Shown here: positions 8,487 through 17,868 of the stretch, in pieces
Layout of the letters: every line of letters begins with the position of its first letter
How positions within the stretch are numbered: the first letter of the stretch is position 1
Source of the DNA: a bacterium
Lineage (GTDB): Bacteria; Spirochaetota; Spirochaetia; Treponematales; Treponemataceae
Length of the DNA: 64,000 nucleotides
NCBI GenBank assembly: GCA_963599585.1
Contig: CAVBXG010000003.1
Location: 11,346-75,345 of the forward strand
Reading direction: 5' to 3'
Made by a program: the position numbers and the translations under genes
The notes under the pieces: generated by a model
What the model was told of the DNA's origin: nothing
The model's input: only the letters and a program-made list of their open reading frames with translations
The model's database searches: none

Positions 8487-11400
8487 CTAAAATGAAATTT
8501 TCCATGAAAGTGTCACAGAAGTCGAAGATACAAATCTATCATTTCTAATTCCGTTTATATCAGGAGCCATATTCCATCTGAGATTTCCGAAAGGTGCTTC
8601 TATTTCCAGACCGAACTCCGGACGGAAAACAAGACCACCTGCCGTAAATTTATCATCTACCTTAGTCTTATCGTAAGACCAATGCATAAGGGCATCCACA
8701 TATAAAGAACTTCCAAAGTACTTACCTATATAAACAGTTGAGTTATCAAAAAAGTTACCAAATCCGAAACTAGAATTTTCTGAATTCTCTGTTCTGTCTA
8801 GCAAACCATAGTTAAGCGCATTCTGAAGAACATTTGTTCTAACGCTCAATATATCAAAATTAAGGAAATCACGCAACTTGTTCTCTATTGAACGCCCGAT
8901 TGTTGACTGGATTGCATAATCACCTGTAGCAAAAAGAAGGGAACTTACGCGTTCTGAATCGCCGACCGCAATCTGGCCAAGCAGGGAACGGATTTCTGTC
9001 TCTGATTTTGCCGGAATCGACGAGAACTGCGCGTTGAAATTCAGAAGATACTGGTTGTTCGCGGTAAGGATAATCCGCACATCATTTCCGTAGTCGTCCC
9101 GCTCGCGGGTTTCCGCCTGAACGCTTATAAGAGGATTGAACGTAGGATCATTGCTGTTGAAGCGCATAGAACCGTTTTTAAGATAAAAATTCCGGCTAAG
9201 GTACGAAATATCACCCGAACGGAACGCAAGTTCACCGTCAAGCTCCATATCTCCATTTGACATATCATATTTAAAGCCAAAAACTGTGTTCGGCACAAGA
9301 ACCGCTCGCAAAAGCGGATCAAAAATGAATGTGACATGCTGACCAAAATGAAGTTTCAGCTGGGAGCGCGGAAACCAGTTTCTTTTTGGCGGAGAAAGCG
9401 CAAGTTCCTTTGTTTTTACGCTTCCTGTAACTTTTTTCAGGAAAACATCACCGCTCACATCAAGATAATGGTCCTCAAAAGCAATATTCACATCAAGATT
9501 AACATCTCCGACAAAATGGGCAAGGCGAATCTCAAAATCTCCCGGCATATAAGCGTTGTTCGGATTCCAGATGTGGCTTTCAAGACGGCTGAACGACCAG
9601 CGGTCAAAATAAACCTTCAAATCTGCGCAGACAACGTTGTCCGGCTTTCTTACATAACCGCGTGCAATCGGAATCTGGATTTTATTGTGGTCAAAAATAA
9701 TCTGCGTTTTAGGAACAAAAACGTGCTGGGAAACGATTTTCGGGAGCGTAAAATCAGCCTGAGTCAAAGAGAAATTGCCCAGAAATTCAGGGTCGGCTCT
9801 TAGCCCCGAAATCGCAAGAGAACCGTTCAGTTTTCCGTTGTAGACTTTTAAACGCGAAATATCAAGATATTCAAAAAGTTTTCCGACATCAGCTTTTACA
9901 TTTTTTACAGAAATATCCAGCTGCTCGCTTTTTAGATTTCCGGAAAGCGCAAACTGAAGCGGTTTTCCTTCTGCAACAGAAAAATTGATTTTTCCTTCAT
10001 TGCTGATTGTGCCGGAAATTCCCTGAAGCTCGGAAGAATAGATTGTTGTAACTCCGCCAGAATGGAGAACTGTAAGATTGAACGGAAATTCCTTTTTAAA
10101 AAGCGTTCCAGAAATTTTTTCACATGAAAGCCGTGCGGCAAATTCCGAAGGCAAAAATTTTCCATCTTCAAGAACTGTGTCAGAAACTGAAAATTCAAGC
10201 GGCGCATGAACCGTCTGTTTTGCAAGAACAGTGTCAAATTCAGCCTTTGCAATTCCTGTAAAAGTATTCAAGTCAAACTGGGCGGAAATATTGCCCAGGG
10301 AAATATTGTTGTACGCAAACTTAAAATTATCCACAGTAAGATTTTTTTCTTCAACAAACGCAGAACCGTTCACATCGATTTCTTTTCCTGCCGACATAAC
10401 CGAAAGTTTTTCAACATTTAAACCCGCATACAAATTTGAAGGAATTCCTGAAAGAATCAACGTTGCAGAAAGCCTGTTGTTCTCGCTTTCTTCCGCGGTA
10501 AAGCGGCTTAAGCCAAAATTATTCAAGACAAACTGCGAATTCAGATAAAAAGAATTCTTTAAATTTTCAACAGAAAAAACATCGCCGTTCGGATTTGAAA
10601 GTTCCATCGAGACATTTATTCCTTCCGTTGAGACAGGATTTTTCAACGCCGCGGAAAATCTTGCCGAATCAAACATTGCGCCGTTCATGTTCCACAAAAG
10701 CTCAGAAGTTCCTTCAATCACCGAAAATTTGTCTGAATAAGAAATCGCATCCAGAAAAACTCCGTATTTTGTGACATTTCCGGTAACGTTCAGAACCGGA
10801 TTAAACGAATATTTTCCGCTTGCCTCAAGTGCCTCCAGCCGGGAAATCCGCACGTTGATTCCATCGTCGTCCGAATAAGTGAAATTTGTGTCCGTTGAAA
10901 GCGTAAAAATCGAGCCGTTCACGCTGAAAGGAAATCCTTCCGCGGCAAGATTCCCGGAAATTTTTCCATTCCCAGATTTTTTCAAGTCAAAAACCGCGCC
11001 GTAATCACCGTTTACAGAAACAATTCCCGGCATAAAATTTCCCGAAAAATGATACGGAATTGAGTCAGCATTCAAATCTGCGGAAAAAAAAGCATCGTCG
11101 CCGTCAGGAGATTTTTCATAAATTCCAGAAAGATGAACAAGTTTTCCGTTGTTAACAAAATCAACCCGGTTCAAATTCAAGGAAGAGCCGTTTCCGTCCA
11201 GAGAAATGTAGAAAAATTGACCGTCTTTTTTTGTGTTTGCCACAAAAGCGTAAGGAACATTGAAAGAAACCTGGCTAAAATCCGTTGAAACAAAAAATTC
11301 ACCGTTAAAAATGTAGCTTGAAAGAAAACCAAACGCCGATTTTCCAGGATTTTTCCCGAAATAAGAAAAAGTCTGCGCCGCGCTGTCAAGATAAATTCCG

Positions 11401-12902
11401 TTTGAAGAAACATTCGCCTGCAGATATTTTGTTCCGCCGATGTAACTTCCGTCAATTTTTATTGTTCCCGCGTTTTCCGCCTCTGAATGAAAATAATCCG
11501 AAACTTCAAAAGAAAAATCCAAGGAATCCTGAACCGGCACAACAGAAAGCTGGAGCGCGGTCAAAGCCTTCTGGTCCAGCATAAGCTGCGGCGCAAAAGC
11601 CATAAATCCTTTTTCAAGGGAATCAATGTAAAGCTCCGTTGAGACATTCGCTCCGTTCGGAAGTTTCAGCGCGTTCACGTTAAGCTCGCCAGAAAGCTTG
11701 AATCCGTCAAAAACATACGAGCCAAAATAGTCGACATCGATATTCGGGCCGGAAATTTCCATTTTTTTTACAGAAATATTTTTTTCGTTTCCGCTGAAAG
11801 AATAATTTCCTTTAAAGCCGCCGGAATAAATTTCATCCGGCACGTAAACATTTCCCCATGATGAATAGGAAAAATCTTTTGAGAAAAAATTATATTTCGT
11901 GTCAGCATTTACAGAAAACGAAAGATTTCTTAATTTTTTTGCGTAATTTGAATTTTGCCGAGAAAAAACGATTCCAGCCGGCTTAAAATCTTTTGTCCGC
12001 AAAGAAACAGCCGCTTCCGCCGTGTCCAAGGCAAAAGTTCCCTGCAGATAAAGCGGATAGCCATTCTGGATTGTGCGCAAATCAAAGACGCGTTTTCTGT
12101 ATCCAAGCAAAAGATTAAGCCGACCAAGAGAATATTTTCCGTTTGTAAAATCTGTAATCCTGAATGTTACGGAGCTTTCCTCAAAATCATTCGGAATTGA
12201 GCCAGAAGCCGAAAAGCCCAAGGAAAAGCGGCTGCCCTTTTTTGTGTATGAAGCCCCGCCGGAAGTTTTTATCTGAAGAACCTTGCTATGCGTTAAATAA
12301 GCAACAGTTATCTTGCGGAAGTTTATTGCGGCGGAATTATCCTTATCTGAATAGACGACCTGAACATTGCGCACATAAACGTTAAAAGGCAATTCCGAAG
12401 CCACATTCTTTAGATTCAGGAATACATTCTTTTTTTCATCATCTGAAGAAAGTCCGCTCTGCCTTTTATGCTTTTCAGAATCTTTTCCGTCTTTTTTTGA
12501 ATATTCCGAAAGTTTTTTCAGGAACAAATTGTCTTTGTTCACATCAAGCACAACCCCATCTACAGAAACATCTTTTATTGAAGAAATTCCCCGTCCACGA
12601 AAGAAATCCAAAACGCTGTAGCGCACGACAATTTTTTTTATCTGCGCAATCCGCTTGCCGTCATTCACATCTGACAGTATTATATTTTTTATCCGTAAAC
12701 CCGTGACAATTGAAGGAGAAAATTTCTCGTAGGAAAAATTCATTCCAGTTTTTTCCGAGACAATATTTTCAAGCAAATGCGATTCCTGCTCAAGTTCGGC
12801 TGAAACAAAAGAATACAGCGGTCGCACTATAAAAGCTGAGAAAATAACAACGAGAAAAAAAATTGTTAATGCGAGAGTTTCTTTTAAAGACAACCTTTTC
12901 AT
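8487..12902 (-). CDS. tamB: TamB-like translocation and assembly module protein (very large, N-terminal anchor, DUF490-like C-terminus)
   Basis: 1471-aa ORF with a single N-terminal TM helix (TLALTIFFLVVIFSAFIV) and a long beta-rich body. It lies immediately upstream of bamA-skp, as reported for Borrelia TamB. Confidence 0.8.
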   Translation of the reverse strand: MKRLSLKETLALTIFFLVVIFSAFIVRPLYSFVSAELEQESHLLENIVSEKTGMNFSYEKFSPSIVTGLRIKNIILSDVNDGKRIAQIKKIVVRYSVLDFFRGRGISSIKDVSVDGVVLDVNKDNLFLKKLSEYSKKDGKDSEKHKRQSGLSSDDEKKNVFLNLKNVASELPFNVYVRNVQVVYSDKDNSAAINFRKITVAYLTHSKVLQIKTSGGASYTKKGSRFSLGFSASGSIPNDFEESSVTFRITDFTNGKYSLGRLNLLLGYRKRVFDLRTIQNGYPLYLQGTFALDTAEAAVSLRTKDFKPAGIVFSRQNSNYAKKLRNLSFSVNADTKYNFFSKDFSYSSWGNVYVPDEIYSGGFKGNYSFSGNEKNISVKKMEISGPNIDVDYFGSYVFDGFKLSGELNVNALKLPNGANVSTELYIDSLEKGFMAFAPQLMLDQKALTALQLSVVPVQDSLDFSFEVSDYFHSEAENAGTIKIDGSYIGGTKYLQANVSSNGIYLDSAAQTFSYFGKNPGKSAFGFLSSYIFNGEFFVSTDFSQVSFNVPYAFVANTKKDGQFFYISLDGNGSSLNLNRVDFVNNGKLVHLSGIYEKSPDGDDAFFSADLNADSIPYHFSGNFMPGIVSVNGDYGAVFDLKKSGNGKISGNLAAEGFPFSVNGSIFTLSTDTNFTYSDDDGINVRISRLEALEASGKYSFNPVLNVTGNVTKYGVFLDAISYSDKFSVIEGTSELLWNMNGAMFDSARFSAALKNPVSTEGINVSMELSNPNGDVFSVENLKNSFYLNSQFVLNNFGLSRFTAEESENNRLSATLILSGIPSNLYAGLNVEKLSVMSAGKEIDVNGSAFVEEKNLTVDNFKFAYNNISLGNISAQFDLNTFTGIAKAEFDTVLAKQTVHAPLEFSVSDTVLEDGKFLPSEFAARLSCEKISGTLFKKEFPFNLTVLHSGGVTTIYSSELQGISGTISNEGKINFSVAEGKPLQFALSGNLKSEQLDISVKNVKADVGKLFEYLDISRLKVYNGKLNGSLAISGLRADPEFLGNFSLTQADFTLPKIVSQHVFVPKTQIIFDHNKIQIPIARGYVRKPDNVVCADLKVYFDRWSFSRLESHIWNPNNAYMPGDFEIRLAHFVGDVNLDVNIAFEDHYLDVSGDVFLKKVTGSVKTKELALSPPKRNWFPRSQLKLHFGQHVTFIFDPLLRAVLVPNTVFGFKYDMSNGDMELDGELAFRSGDISYLSRNFYLKNGSMRFNSNDPTFNPLISVQAETRERDDYGNDVRIILTANNQYLLNFNAQFSSIPAKSETEIRSLLGQIAVGDSERVSSLLFATGDYAIQSTIGRSIENKLRDFLNFDILSVRTNVLQNALNYGLLDRTENSENSSFGFGNFFDNSTVYIGKYFGSSLYVDALMHWSYDKTKVDDKFTAGGLVFRPEFGLEIEAPFGNLRWNMAPDINGIRNDRFVSSTSVTLSWKISF

Positions 12903-13040
12903 TTTACGGATATATTATTGTAACTAATTTTCAGGAATTTTTATATAGCCTGAAATTCGAGTTTTTAAGAAAAAAGACAAAAGCGTAAGCGGATTTACAA
13001 TTTGCTATAAAAAAACACTTTGCGATTAAGGAAGGAAACA

Positions 13041-13646
13041 ATGATTTTAAAGAATTTCATCGTTTTTGAAGGAATAGATGGCGCCGGCACTTCAACTCAG
13101 ATAAAAAGACTTGCGGAACATTTTGACAAGGAAAAAATTTTTGTGACCGCAGAACCGACTTCCGGGGAAACCGGCAAATTCCTAAGAAAAATGCTGAAAG
13201 GCGACTTTAAAGTTGACGAAAAAACGGCGGCTTTTCTGTTTGCGGCAGATCGTTCTGAGCATATTTTTGGAAAAGACGGAATAATTGAGCAGACTGAAAA
13301 AGGAAAAACCGCCATAAGCGACCGTTATTTTTTTTCAAGCCTTGCGTATCAGTCGGTTACGTGCGGAAAAAAGCTTCCTGAGCTTTTGAACAGCGTTTTT
13401 CCGCTTCCAGAATATCTTTTTTATTTTAAGATTGACCCGAAGATTTCCCTTGCGCGCGTTGACAGCCGCGGAGAGACAAAAGAAATTTACGAAAAACTTT
13501 CGTTCCAGGAAAAAACCGCCGCGCTCTACGATTCTGTGATAAACGAGTACCGCGGAAAAAAAGGCGAAGGAATGAAAATAATTGATGTTGACGCGACAAA
13601 ATCAATTGAAGAGATAAGCGATTTTATCTGGAAGAACATAAGATAA
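13041..13646 (+). CDS. tmk: Thymidylate (dTMP) kinase
   Basis: MILKNFIVFEGIDGAGTSTQ P-loop and DRYFFSSLAYQ motif. ATG 13041 is preceded by AAGGAAGG. Confidence 0.9.
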   Translation: MILKNFIVFEGIDGAGTSTQIKRLAEHFDKEKIFVTAEPTSGETGKFLRKMLKGDFKVDEKTAAFLFAADRSEHIFGKDGIIEQTEKGKTAISDRYFFSSLAYQSVTCGKKLPELLNSVFPLPEYLFYFKIDPKISLARVDSRGETKEIYEKLSFQEKTAALYDSVINEYRGKKGEGMKIIDVDATKSIEEISDFIWKNIR

Positions 13647-13679
13647 GGGAATGCAACAGGGATTGGAAGGGCGGCGGAG

Positions 13680-13706
13680 CCGTTGCGGAAAAACGGAGTT
13701 TTTTTT
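13680..13706 (+). terminator. Possible terminator after tmk
   Basis: CCGTT gcggaaa AACGG (5-bp stem) then ag and T8. The stem is short, so the call is tentative. Confidence 0.35.
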
Positions 13707-13830
13707 GCAATGAAACCCTGAAAAGCCCGACGGCGGTTTTCCGCCGGGTTGCCCGGAAAATAAAGACGACTTTTATTCAAAAGCAAAGATTTCCGGTTAA
13801 TTTTAAAGTTTTTTTTCCGATAAAATTAGT

Positions 13831-14460
13831 GTGAAAAAGCCACTTTTTAAGATGATAAAATTTCTCGCTTCGGTCCTGTTTTTTGCCTTTGTGTGCGTTT
13901 CTTCGGCAAGCGCATATATGGTAAAATATAAGGAGGACTGGTACAGGCTTTATCACGTTCATTACCAGCAGTACCCGGATGACTGCATTGAGAATATCTA
14001 TTGGCTTGAAAAAGCGGCTCAGGCTGACTTTGCAAATCCGCTTTACGCAAACGCAAAAATCGATACCGAGAAACAATGGGAAAAATACCGCTACCTTTTT
14101 CAGATGCATATAAATTTAAAGCTGATTGAACAGCATCTTAGGCTTGGACGCACTTTTGACAAGAAAGTCGCGAAATTTTACGATGCGCCGTGGAAAGATG
14201 AATACATAAGAAACCTTGAAAAGGCGTTGAGTTTTTACAACGCGGGACTTTACTACTGGCAGGAAGCCCAGCTTTGGGCTGAAAAGGCGAACACGAAAGA
14301 CTTTAATTTTCTTTTTCTTACTGACTTGCAGAACTGGGAAGATGAGCGCGAACGGATTAAGACCGGCGAGCTTGACTACGGAAAAATGCTGAAACGGGAA
14401 ATTGCGCGCGTTGAAAAAGTAAAGGCTGACTTTGTTGCAATGGATTCCAAAAACTATTAA
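13831..14460 (+). CDS. Hypothetical secreted helical protein
   Basis: 209-aa ORF with a signal-peptide-like N-terminus (KFLASVLFFAFVCVSSASA) and a W/Y/E/K-rich helical body. I recognise no family. The start (GTG 13831 or ATG 13852) is uncertain. Confidence 0.5.
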   Translation: MKKPLFKMIKFLASVLFFAFVCVSSASAYMVKYKEDWYRLYHVHYQQYPDDCIENIYWLEKAAQADFANPLYANAKIDTEKQWEKYRYLFQMHINLKLIEQHLRLGRTFDKKVAKFYDAPWKDEYIRNLEKALSFYNAGLYYWQEAQLWAEKANTKDFNFLFLTDLQNWEDERERIKTGELDYGKMLKREIARVEKVKADFVAMDSKNY

Positions 14461-14469
14461 AATGGACGT

Positions 14470-15591
14470 ATGTCTTGTATAACAGAAAAATTAGATATTA
14501 AGTATTCGGCGATAAATCCGGGAACGGCAGTTACAAAAATAACATTCACTTCTGGAGTTCCAGATTTGGTTTCGCTTTATGAACCGGGGAACGGAAATGG
14601 CAAAAGACGTTGTTTTGTTACGGATGCGACTGTTGCGACCCTTCCTGTGATGGAATCATTTGTTTCAAAATTTGAAGATGGAAGTTGCGGCGGCGATATT
14701 CTTATCATTCTTGGTTCCGGCGAGCCGTACAAGACAATGGACAGCGTTCTTGAAATTGTTTCAAACGCAATTGATTCCGGTTTTTCACGGAAAGACCTTT
14801 TTGTAGGAATCGGCGGTGGCGTTATATGCGACATGACAGGTTTTGCGGCTTCACTTTTTAAGCGTGGAATTGCCTGCCAGTTCGTGCCTACAACGCTTCT
14901 TTCAATGGTTGACGCTTCTATCGGCGGAAAAACTGGATGCGACTTTAAGAACTACAAGAATATGGTCGGGGCATTCTGGCCGGCGGAAGAAATCCATATC
15001 TTCCCGGAATTTGTAAAATATCTTCCAGAAAGCCAGTTCCGTTCCGGGCTTGGCGAGGCTTTAAAGACCGGGCTTCTTTTTGACACTGAGCTTTATGACA
15101 TTTTTAGGAATGACTCGGAAAAACTTTTGGATGGCGATTCAGATACAATTTTCAATGTGATAAAAAAATGCGCGGGCGACAAGGCAAAAGTCGTTGAGCA
15201 GGATCTTACTGAAAAAAATATCCGTATGTTCTTGAACCTTGGACACACTTTCGGGCATGCGCTGGAAACTGTTGCGGGGCTTGGAAACATAACCCACGGC
15301 GATGCTGTTGCCTGGGGAATCGGAAGAGCCGTTTGCCTTTGCGCGAAACTTGAATACTGCCGGGAATCGTTCAAGGAAGAAGTTCTTTCTGTTCTTGAAA
15401 AATTCGGCTGGTGCACGGAAGCTGTTCCATCATTTGTTGCAGGCGGCGGATTCAACGAGCGGATTCTGGAAGCGATGCGCAAGGACAAGAAAAACACTTC
15501 GGCAAAAATCCGATGCACGCTTTTAAAAGGTTTGTGCGAGCCGTTTACGGAAGAAATAGAAGATTCTGCAATACTTTCGGTTTTAAGATAA
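14470..15591 (+). CDS. aroB: 3-dehydroquinate synthase family (sugar-phosphate cyclase)
   Basis: GIGGGVICDMTGFAASLFKRGIACQFVPTTLLSMVDASIGGKTG and LNLGHTFGHALE match AroB-family signatures. Confidence 0.8.
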   Translation: MSCITEKLDIKYSAINPGTAVTKITFTSGVPDLVSLYEPGNGNGKRRCFVTDATVATLPVMESFVSKFEDGSCGGDILIILGSGEPYKTMDSVLEIVSNAIDSGFSRKDLFVGIGGGVICDMTGFAASLFKRGIACQFVPTTLLSMVDASIGGKTGCDFKNYKNMVGAFWPAEEIHIFPEFVKYLPESQFRSGLGEALKTGLLFDTELYDIFRNDSEKLLDGDSDTIFNVIKKCAGDKAKVVEQDLTEKNIRMFLNLGHTFGHALETVAGLGNITHGDAVAWGIGRAVCLCAKLEYCRESFKEEVLSVLEKFGWCTEAVPSFVAGGGFNERILEAMRKDKKNTSAKIRCTLLKGLCEPFTEEIEDSAILSVLR

Positions 15592-15592
15592 A

Positions 15593-16771
15593 ATGACAGA
15601 TACTCAAAAAGAACATTATTTTGACTGGGCCGCGACAAGTCCATCTGACAAAGAGATTTTAACTTCAGCGCTGAACGAAACCCTTGAAAAATGGGGAAAT
15701 CCGTCCAGCATCCATTCCGCAGGAAAAGAGGCGCGCGAACTTCTTGAAAACGCGAGAAAAACCTGTGCGGACGCGCTTGGAGTTCCGGCAGAAACTTTGT
15801 ATTTCACTTCCGGCGGAACAGAAAGCGACCACATTGCCCTGCTTTCAGTTTTAAACCGGCAGAACAAAGGTCATGTGCTTTTTAGCTCAATTGAACATCC
15901 TGCAATCCGGGAAATGGCAAACGAGATGAAAAAATGCGGCGTTGAGGCAGAAGAGATTCCTTCAGATGCCGACGGAATTATCCGCCCGGAAACTGTTGTG
16001 TCAATGCTGAGACCTGACACCGTTCTTGTGTGCATAATGGCTGTAAACAATGAGACAGGTGCAATCCAGCCGGTATACGAAATTGCAGACGCAATCGCAA
16101 AATCCACAGAAGGAAAAAGAAAACCTAAGCTTCACGTAGACTGCGTTCAGGCTGCCGGGAAAATTCCTTTCAACTTGAACTACAAAGGAATTGACAGCGC
16201 GGCGTTCAGCGCACACAAGATTTGCGGACCGCGCGGAATCGGGCTTTTGTATTTAAAAAATGCGGTTGAGCCTTTTTTGCGTGGCGGCGGACAGGAAAAA
16301 GGAATCCGATCCGGCACTGAAAATGTTTACGGCGCGCTCGCATTCAGCAAATGCCTTGAAAAATATTTTATTTCTGAAAAAAACAGAAAGATGGAAGAAC
16401 GTTTTTCCGCACAGCAAAAATATTGCGCGGATTTTATAAATGGACTTACGCAACTTGGCTGCTGCAAAATAATTCCAGAAGTGCGCACAGAAAAACCGGA
16501 ACTTTATTCACCGTGGATTGTTCAGACCGCGTTCAAAAATATTCCGGGTCAGGTTATGCTCCGTGCGCTTGACGCTGAAGGATTTTACATTTCAACGGGA
16601 AGCGCCTGCTCCAGCAGAAAAAACAATCGCCCGGTTCTTGAGGCGATGCACATAACCCGCGATGAATCTGAAACTGCGGTGCGGTTCAGCTTCGGTTCAG
16701 AAACCACCGAAAAAGCGATGAAGGAACTTTTGGAAAAAGTCAGCGAGATTGCAAGAAAATTCAATTCGTAA
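15593..16771 (+). CDS. Cysteine desulfurase (class V aminotransferase, NifS/IscS-like)
   Basis: FTSGGTESDH, PLP lysine in SAHKICGPRGIG and catalytic cysteine loop STGSACSS. Confidence 0.85.
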   Translation: MTDTQKEHYFDWAATSPSDKEILTSALNETLEKWGNPSSIHSAGKEARELLENARKTCADALGVPAETLYFTSGGTESDHIALLSVLNRQNKGHVLFSSIEHPAIREMANEMKKCGVEAEEIPSDADGIIRPETVVSMLRPDTVLVCIMAVNNETGAIQPVYEIADAIAKSTEGKRKPKLHVDCVQAAGKIPFNLNYKGIDSAAFSAHKICGPRGIGLLYLKNAVEPFLRGGGQEKGIRSGTENVYGALAFSKCLEKYFISEKNRKMEERFSAQQKYCADFINGLTQLGCCKIIPEVRTEKPELYSPWIVQTAFKNIPGQVMLRALDAEGFYISTGSACSSRKNNRPVLEAMHITRDESETAVRFSFGSETTEKAMKELLEKVSEIARKFNS

Positions 16772-16859
16772 AAATTAAAACTATAAAAGATATGTTGATT
16801 ATTTTTTGTTTCTAAGATATTTTATATGAATATATCACATTTCTAAGGAAGGCAAAAAT

Positions 16860-17264
16860 ATGGGTGCACGCGGAGAACTTTACACAACAGAAGTTTATCT
16901 TGACAACCGTTCTTATTTTTTTAACGTAAAGGAAAATCGAACTGGAGACGTATTTCTTCAGATTGTAGAAAGCAAAAGCCGGGACGGTTCTGATGGAGAG
17001 CGACATCAGATTGCAATTTTTGCCGATGATATGCAGAAAGTTCTTCAAGGTCTTGACCGCTCATTGAATTACATTGAAAAAGACAGAAAAAACAGGGCAA
17101 AAATCAAGGCTGAAAAGAAAGCCGCAAAAATTGAAAAGACAAAGAAAATCTACAGAATGAAAATCGAAAATGAACGAAATCCAAATGACGGAATAAAACG
17201 CACTGGAAGAATTCATGTTGTTTCAAAACGACCAAAGCCGGAAGAAACAAAAACTGAAGAATAA
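16860..17264 (+). CDS. PUR-alpha-like nucleic-acid-binding protein (DUF3276-type) with lysine-rich tail
   Basis: ELYTTEVYLDNRSYFFNVKENRTGDVFLQIVESKSRDGSDGERHQIAIFADDMQKVLQGL matches the bacterial PUR-repeat pattern. The C-terminus is K/E-rich. ATG is preceded by AAGGAAGG. Confidence 0.7.
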   Translation: MGARGELYTTEVYLDNRSYFFNVKENRTGDVFLQIVESKSRDGSDGERHQIAIFADDMQKVLQGLDRSLNYIEKDRKNRAKIKAEKKAAKIEKTKKIYRMKIENERNPNDGIKRTGRIHVVSKRPKPEETKTEE

Positions 17265-17277
17265 TTTTTATTGATTT

Positions 17278-17868
17278 TTAATATCTGAACGAAAGCCGCT
17301 GTATTGGCGAAGGACCTATTTTATGGCAGATTTCCCGGTGCGCTTTCGTTGGATAGCCTTTGTGCTTTGCGTAACCATATTCAGGATAAAGTTTATCCAT
17401 CTCATACATTATCCTGTCTCTTCCGACTTTTGCGATTATGCTGGCAGCCATTACGCAAGGATAATTCGCATCGGCTTTTGGCTCGCATTTTATCTGATTG
17501 CACTTTATTTTTGGGACAGAAGTCCCATCTGTTATGCAGCTGATTTCATAGTCAGAAATATTGTTTGATTTTGCCCATTCAGGAAGTTTCAACGTCATCA
17601 TTTCAAAAGCAAGTTTCATTGCGTACATGCTTGCATTCAAAATATTTATTTTATCGATTATTTCGTGGCTTACAATCCCGATTCCCCAGCAGGCTTTTTC
17701 TTTTATTACAATTTCTGCCAGATTCCGTTTTTTTTCTGAAAGTTTTTTTGAGTCGTTCAATATCTCAACAGGAAAATCTTGCGGCAAAACAACCGCACCG
17801 GCGGTCACAGGACCTGCCAAAGGACCTCTTCCGGCTTCATCCAGCCCGCACAAAAAATTTATTTTCAT
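17278..17868 (-). CDS. rnhB: Ribonuclease HII
   Basis: LCGLDEAGRGPLAGPV catalytic motif; 196 aa. Confidence 0.9.
   Translation of the reverse strand: MKINFLCGLDEAGRGPLAGPVTAGAVVLPQDFPVEILNDSKKLSEKKRNLAEIVIKEKACWGIGIVSHEIIDKINILNASMYAMKLAFEMMTLKLPEWAKSNNISDYEISCITDGTSVPKIKCNQIKCEPKADANYPCVMAASIIAKVGRDRIMYEMDKLYPEYGYAKHKGYPTKAHREICHKIGPSPIQRLSFRY

Noticed and set aside
11762-11769. A/T homopolymers of 8-9 nt (for example T8 inside tamB) as phase-variation tracts
   Set aside because: A/T runs of this size recur throughout this AT-rich sequence, in coding regions and terminators. They are not statistically remarkable, and only the G/C nonamer at 36256 is.
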